The notes beneath the pieces were generated by a model. The model had not been told where the DNA came from and did no database searches. It saw nothing but the letters and a program-made list of their open reading frames with translations. A stretch of 10,006 bases of DNA from Candidatus Dadabacteria bacterium (lineage in GTDB: Bacteria; Desulfobacterota_D; UBA1144; Nemesobacterales; CSP1-2). The DNA lies in contig PSLL01000028.1 in assembly GCA_040289575.1 (NCBI GenBank), positions 1 to 10,006 of the forward strand. The letters run 5' to 3'. How positions within the stretch are numbered: the first letter of the stretch is position 1; each line of letters begins with the position of its first letter. The translations under genes and the position numbers were made by a program. Below are positions 6,098-10,006 of this stretch, one piece after another.

Positions 6098-6352
6098 ATG
6101 AAAGAGAAAACATTTGAACAGATTTTACAAGATCAAGACGATATGATGAATGCAACCGACCTGGACGCATATGTAAATCCGGTATTGATGGACGGCTACC
6201 AGGACAAGTTAGGACATAACAGCCGCATGTTGAAATTGAAAACTGTAGTTGAAACAGGATGGATGAGAGCAAAACTAGGTTTCAAAGATGCGGTACATTT
6301 TGGAATAGCTTTTTTAGCAGTTGTAGTATTCATCTACATTTGCTACAGATAA
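6098..6352 (+). CDS. Small protein with an acidic N-terminus and a C-terminal transmembrane segment (84 aa)
   Basis: GAGGA RBS; hydrophobic tail AVHFGIAFLAVVVFIYICYR. Confidence 0.75.
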   Translation: MKEKTFEQILQDQDDMMNATDLDAYVNPVLMDGYQDKLGHNSRMLKLKTVVETGWMRAKLGFKDAVHFGIAFLAVVVFIYICYR

Positions 6353-6361
6353 GAGGTCCGT

Positions 6362-8668
6362 ATGATCGATAAGAATAAGAAAACGATATGGCGATCACGG
6401 TTCGGATTTCAACCACTGTTAGACGGAACAAAACGAGTTCTCTACTATGAGGATGTGGCAGTTGTCACCGCCTCATTTTCCATTGCTGCATTCGTTCTTG
6501 CAACGGGTGCAAGTTGGTTTATCAACATAGACGGAGTTTTACCACGACCTCCAGCATGTGACAGTCCACTTATCAATAATGGCTTTCTTACACATTTAGG
6601 CTACTGGTCAAAAGCAGTCGTTCACAAGGTTTTACCGTTCGCATTCGCAGAATCAGTGAGTGCCTATCATCGTTACATTGAACTACTTGACCAAAAAAAT
6701 TTGCTTTTTTGTCTTGCTATTAGGTTCTATGCAGGAATGATTGCAGGAGCATTCGGAGCTTGGAAAGGGTTCAGCTATGCCATTAGAAAACCTGTAGAAA
6801 CAGAAATTACACATCACAAACGCGGTATGCAAGTCTACAAGGGAACAGAGGCTGAAAATATGCTTAGACCCCTTATGAAAGATGAAATTGACCAAAGCGG
6901 TAAGTTTGCACAGATGTCTACCAAGCTTGACTATTCAACTTTTAGACTGATACGACACCACATAATTTTTGGTGCATCAGGAACTGGTAAATCTCAATAT
7001 ATGTATAGTTCAATAGTTGAGGCAATCAACACTGGCCTAAAATCATTTATTCTTGATCCAAAATTTGAATTTACAGGAGCACTATATAAAGGTGATGGTA
7101 CAAATGCGATCCTTGACGCAACTGATAAACGCAGCTTTGTATGGGACATTGCCTACGACCTAAAAAGTATAGGACTCATGAAAAAGTTTGCCGCTGCAAT
7201 CATACCTAAAGGTGGCGACAATCCGATGTGGAGCAATGCGGCACGTTCAGTTTTCGTGGGTATGCTTGTCTATCTCAAGCAAAATTTCAAGGACGAAAAC
7301 GGAAAGCCAAACTACACTTGGTCAGATATTTCTGACATGGTGACATTGCCAGCAAACGAGCTTGTTCACATCATGCAGAACTACTATCCCGAGGCACTAT
7401 CTCTTATTGGAGAGATTGATCACGCATCAGGAAACGTAACTACCAATGTGACAACAGCCGGCATCATGATCAACCTTTTATCATTCATGGGAGGCATTCG
7501 TGACCTTTCAAGATTCTGGTATGACAGTGATGCACCAAAACTTAGCTTATTTAATTTCATGACTCAACCTGACCATCCAATCAAAACCCTATTCGTAAAG
7601 CCAAACGATGTTGAGGCTGAAATGAGCACAGGACTTGTTAGGGCGATGCTCATCTACTCAATTTCATTACTGGACTCACCTAACATACCGAACTCAAAAA
7701 CCGTGAGAGGAGCTTTCTTTCTAGACGAGTTTCACGCACCTGGTAAGCTTTTAAATGAGGTTGACCAGCCAGTGATTGACAAGCTAATTGACCGCGGCCG
7801 TTCCAAGGGATGGGGTGCATTCTTGGCGACACAGAACATCATTCAACTCTACAAAATCTACTCCAAAGACGATGTGAACTCTTGGAAAGAAACAACGAGT
7901 ACGTTCATTCTAACCGGGGCCCCTCTCGGCGTGACTGCTACGGAAATTTGTGAATTTTTAGGGGAGCAGTTCATAGACAAACTGCATACATCCATGACCC
8001 GACAGCCTGACGGTGCGAACACGACCACGAACTACCAGGAACACAACCGCAAGGTGCTTTTACCGTCCGAGCTTTCATCTGAACTGAACCCAACTAAAAC
8101 AGGTATTCGTTTGCTTGCCCTACTCCGTGGAATGCCCGATGTCTACATATTGGACAAGCCTTATGTGGACATTGCCGAGAACGCACCGCACTGGATAGAG
8201 CGTGAGCAGCTTGATACCGCAGTGAACCCGAATTCACGAGCTAGAGCCCTTATAGGTCAGCAGATGAGAGGGATTGTGGAGGCAGTTGCGACGGAGTCTG
8301 AACAGCAAGCAAACCCCGTCTTAAGTGCTGCGGACTTGCTTGAGCAACAGCTAATTGATGCAAACCCCGTCTTTGAGGACTATGGCCAATATGCCGATCC
8401 ACAGTCACCAGAGGAAATAGCACACATTTCACAGCAATCCAAAATCTACAACATAACTGAGGGAGAGGAGGATTCAATCACTCAAGACCTGCTTAAAGAT
8501 CATGGACTAGAAACCATGACAGACAGCCACGCATTAGGAATGGTTCTCAACGTAGCCGAGGCGCTGATGACACCACAAAAGCAAGTGACAACTGACAAAA
8601 ATAAATACCAACAAATCAAAGCAGAGCTTGAAAAAGCAAAATATCAGCAGCAATTGAAAATCAAATGA
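6362..8668 (+). CDS. trwB: Type IV secretion coupling protein (TrwB/TraD family), 768 aa
   Basis: Two N-terminal hydrophobic segments; HHIIFGASGTGKS Walker A (G204); ILDPKFEF; NPMWSNAAR; FFLDEF Walker B (D455); GRSKG…LATQ; LLPSEL; long acidic C-terminal extension. The gene symbol is family-level only. Confidence 0.92.
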   Translation: MIDKNKKTIWRSRFGFQPLLDGTKRVLYYEDVAVVTASFSIAAFVLATGASWFINIDGVLPRPPACDSPLINNGFLTHLGYWSKAVVHKVLPFAFAESVSAYHRYIELLDQKNLLFCLAIRFYAGMIAGAFGAWKGFSYAIRKPVETEITHHKRGMQVYKGTEAENMLRPLMKDEIDQSGKFAQMSTKLDYSTFRLIRHHIIFGASGTGKSQYMYSSIVEAINTGLKSFILDPKFEFTGALYKGDGTNAILDATDKRSFVWDIAYDLKSIGLMKKFAAAIIPKGGDNPMWSNAARSVFVGMLVYLKQNFKDENGKPNYTWSDISDMVTLPANELVHIMQNYYPEALSLIGEIDHASGNVTTNVTTAGIMINLLSFMGGIRDLSRFWYDSDAPKLSLFNFMTQPDHPIKTLFVKPNDVEAEMSTGLVRAMLIYSISLLDSPNIPNSKTVRGAFFLDEFHAPGKLLNEVDQPVIDKLIDRGRSKGWGAFLATQNIIQLYKIYSKDDVNSWKETTSTFILTGAPLGVTATEICEFLGEQFIDKLHTSMTRQPDGANTTTNYQEHNRKVLLPSELSSELNPTKTGIRLLALLRGMPDVYILDKPYVDIAENAPHWIEREQLDTAVNPNSRARALIGQQMRGIVEAVATESEQQANPVLSAADLLEQQLIDANPVFEDYGQYADPQSPEEIAHISQQSKIYNITEGEEDSITQDLLKDHGLETMTDSHALGMVLNVAEALMTPQKQVTTDKNKYQQIKAELEKAKYQQQLKIK
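8309..8373 (+). repeat. 14-bp direct repeat in the T4CP C-terminal tail
   Basis: GCAAACCCCGTCTT at 8309-8322 and 8360-8373, 51 bp apart and in frame (ANPVL / ANPVF). Confidence 0.8.
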
Positions 8669-8673
8669 TTTGG

Positions 8674-8705
8674 TTTGCATACTGTAAAAAGTTACAGTAT
8701 GCAAA
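8674..8705. promoter_or_regulatory. Perfect 14-bp inverted repeat containing a LexA (SOS)-type box; may also act as a terminator hairpin
   Basis: TTTGCATACTGTAA-AAAG-TTACAGTATGCAAA. The core TACTGTAAAAAGTTACAGTA (8680-8699) is 16/20 to the E. coli LexA consensus. The stem is AT-rich with no clear U-tract. Confidence 0.6.
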
Positions 8706-8723
8706 TTATATATCGTCATTGTG

Positions 8724-8751
8724 TTGCTTTCCGTTGTTATTTTTGTATATT
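8724..8751 (+). promoter_or_regulatory. sigma70 promoter for the 8781 gene
   Basis: TTGCTT (8724-8729), 16-bp spacer, TATATT (8746-8751). Confidence 0.55.
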
Positions 8752-8780
8752 AATAGTAGTCACTATACAAGGAGAACTAC

Positions 8781-10006
8781 ATGGACGAAAAAAACTTTGA
8801 ACAAATATTAGCAGATGCGTTAGAAAAACAAAGACAAGAGCTTACACAAGAATTCAATGAAAAGTTGCTTGTTGCGATACCAGAGATTCAGGCAGCAGTC
8901 AAAGATGAAATAGAGGGTGATCTAAACTACTATTTCCAAAATTCAAAGGAAACTGACTTTGTATACAAGTCAGACATTTCTGAGTTTAGCGAAAACTACG
9001 CAAAGAAATTTGTAGAAAATGAAACACTATCAAAAGCAGGACAACCGACAGAATCAGCAGTTGTGACAAACGAACCTGCACCAGTCTTAGATGACACTCC
9101 GATATTTGACCCTTGGGCTGACGAACCTCCTATAGTCAAGGTAGTTGAACAATCACATGGTAGAGCAGACTTACTGTCAAATAGAGTTCGTGACCCATCA
9201 AGCAAACACACAGAATCAACATTTGATTTTGACCCTTGGGCAGATGAAACACCAGCCGACATCACACCAGATATGTTAGCGGAGGTAGCAGGAGCAGAAT
9301 CTTTTTTGCAAGAGCATGCAGCAACAGCACCAAAGACGGCATATGAGTCCAACATAAATTGGAAACCTATGTTAGCTGCTACCGACTCAAGATTGTCAGA
9401 AAAAGCTATGGAAAAGGAATTGGGCGATAAGTCATTTTTTAGTGCAGCTAAATTTGACCAAGTTCGTAACTACTACGACAACACTAAAAGTCCTACAGAG
9501 TTTGGTATGTTCAGTTCAGGCGAACACAGAGAAAAATACAAAGCCTTAAATGAGAAAGCAGTAGCTGATTTAGGATATGGAACTACCTTGAAAGAGATGC
9601 AAACCATACAGACAAAAGAACTAGCTCTAGCTCATCAAGTGTCCAACATCAGCCGTCCAGAGTTCAACAATACTGGAATGAATCCTGACAAAATCGTAGA
9701 CATCGTAGAGAAAAAGCATGACTTTGAGCGTAAATATTTCCAATTCCGTGACAACCAGGAACAAGGCATTGCCAACTCAGAGGAAAGTGTAAAGGCAATG
9801 CGTGAGTCATATATGGACTACAAGGCAGCAGCGATTGGTAAAGACTGGCGTTTTGAATACAAAGACAAGACTCAAGAGGCGGTAAAAGAAATCCAAGTGA
9901 GCCCAACACAAACAGTGGGGGTTGACCGTCCGAACGCACCTAAGTTGTCTGACTACTCTCACGCCAACCAAGAGATGATCAAGCGTGGTGAACTACGACT
10001 TGCTCA
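8781..10006 (+). CDS. Large hydrophilic hypothetical protein, at least 408 aa, 3'-truncated (absent from the ORF track)
   Basis: AAGGAG RBS at 8769-8774. My translation is open to the window end: MDEKNFEQILADALEKQRQELTQEFNEK…FDPWADEPP…FDPWADETP…EMIKRGELRLA. Confidence 0.88.
   Translation, partial: MDEKNFEQILADALEKQRQELTQEFNEKLLVAIPEIQAAVKDEIEGDLNYYFQNSKETDFVYKSDISEFSENYAKKFVENETLSKAGQPTESAVVTNEPAPVLDDTPIFDPWADEPPIVKVVEQSHGRADLLSNRVRDPSSKHTESTFDFDPWADETPADITPDMLAEVAGAESFLQEHAATAPKTAYESNINWKPMLAATDSRLSEKAMEKELGDKSFFSAAKFDQVRNYYDNTKSPTEFGMFSSGEHREKYKALNEKAVADLGYGTTLKEMQTIQTKELALAHQVSNISRPEFNNTGMNPDKIVDIVEKKHDFERKYFQFRDNQEQGIANSEESVKAMRESYMDYKAAAIGKDWRFEYKDKTQEAVKEIQVSPTQTVGVDRPNAPKLSDYSHANQEMIKRGELRLA
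9105..9248 (+). repeat. Duplicated FDPWADE peptide motif
   Basis: TTTGACCCTTGGGCTGACGAA (9105-9125) and TTTGACCCTTGGGCAGATGAA (9228-9248); the two differences are synonymous. Confidence 0.85.

Larger units (their letters stand above)
432..8668. mobile_element. MOB_F DNA-transfer module of a plasmid or ICE (stbA-like, oriT, RHH, relaxase-helicase, small genes, coupling protein)
   Basis: Co-occurrence of an HUH relaxase-helicase, a T4CP, an RHH-like accessory gene and an oriT-like intergenic region. The element boundaries lie outside the window. Confidence 0.85.

Noticed and set aside
6243..6257. CTGT-N7-ACAG
   Set aside because: The spacer is 7 bp rather than 8, and it lies inside a CDS.
5894..6352. 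Small membrane proteins as pilin (VirB2/VirB3), holin or type I toxin
   Set aside because: Each has only a single C-terminal TM segment, with no signal peptide, no lysis genes nearby and no visible antisense RNA structure.
9105..9248. DPW motifs as eukaryotic AP-2-binding mimicry (effector)
   Set aside because: Only two copies and nothing else suggests a host-cell effector; the plasmid transfer context is sufficient.
5961..9939. Minus-strand ORFs 5961-6272, 6683-6895, 8250-8477, 8534-8719, 8996-9355 and 9664-9939
   Set aside because: All overlap better-supported plus-strand genes, including the open 8781 ORF.

Overview
This window is the DNA-transfer (mobilisation) region of an AT-rich plasmid or ICE. 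Its core is a divergent MOB_F (TrwC-type) relaxase-helicase (1819-5079), preceded by a translationally coupled ribbon-helix-helix-like accessory gene (1499-1822), and a TrwB/TraD-family coupling protein (6362-8668) that ends a separate four-gene operon. A 400-bp divergent intergenic region (1098-1498) holds an R388-like nic hairpin candidate, a helically phased TGTT repeat array and a CTGT-N8-ACAG box. A StbA-like gene (432-1097) is transcribed away from this region with no stbB partner. A large hypothetical ORF missing from the ORF track starts at 8781 and runs off the window. It sits behind a strong LexA-type palindrome and shares its N-terminus with the small gene just upstream of the coupling protein. 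No mating-pair-formation genes, rep gene, RNA genes or CRISPR array were recognised. All family calls come from motif recognition by eye; no database searches were run.
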